Shown: positions 63,862-64,000 of the stretch, piece after piece
Layout of the letters: the number at the start of each line of letters is the position of its first letter
How positions within the stretch are numbered: the stretch's first letter is position 1
From: Octopus vulgaris
Lineage: Eukaryota
NCBI GenBank assembly: GCA_951406725.2
Contig: OX597832.1
Span: 2,356,001 to 2,420,000, forward strand
Length of the DNA stretch: 64,000 nucleotides
Direction of reading: 5' to 3'
Translations under genes and position numbers: made by a program
Notes under the pieces: generated by a model
Databases searched by the model: none
What the model saw: only the letters and a program-made list of their open reading frames with translations
What the model was told of the DNA's origin: nothing

Positions 63862-64000
63862 TAGGTGTAGGCATGGTTGTGTGGTAAGAAGCTTGCTTCC
63901 AAATCACATAGTTCTGGGTTCAGTCTCACTCTGTGACACCTTGAGCAAGTGTCTTCTTGTGAGTGGATTTAGTAGATGGAAACTGAAAAGAAGCCCATTG
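63862..64000 (+). mobile_element. CORE-type SINE truncated by the window end
   Basis: GTGTGGTAAGAAGCTTGCTTCC..GTGACACCTTGAGCAAGTGTC. Confidence 0.75.

Overview
AT-rich, repeat-dense animal genomic DNA. The SINE families and (TA)n/(GA)n microsatellites suggest an octopod cephalopod; this is an inference. Two spliced genes lie head-to-head about 10.4 kb apart. HDAC3 is on the minus strand: coding exons 1-9, ATG at 26194, remaining exons left of the window. A thimet oligopeptidase/neurolysin-type M3A metallopeptidase is on the plus strand: coding exons 1-14, HEFGH zinc motif in exon 13, remaining exons right of the window. All exons were read by hand with GT-AG ends and consistent phases. Introns and the intergenic region are full of decayed TEs: RTE, CR1 and L1/Tx1 LINEs, Penelope, Gypsy, piggyBac, hAT, Tc1/mariner, Helentron-like elements and tRNA-derived SINEs. 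Best leads: (1) an in-frame 111-aa basic N-terminal extension suggesting a dual mitochondrial/cytosolic peptidase; (2) an RTE LINE with a twin-priming-type 5' inversion and a ~90-bp target-site duplication; (3) an LTR followed by a 34-nt copy of mature tRNA-Trp including CCA, about twice a normal primer-binding site; (4) a Penelope remnant with a degenerate hammerhead ribozyme; (5) a genomic Ser codon (AGT) at HDAC3 Gly21 that A-to-I editing would restore. No prokaryotic systems or CRISPR arrays are present. Reference sequences were recalled from memory, not searched.
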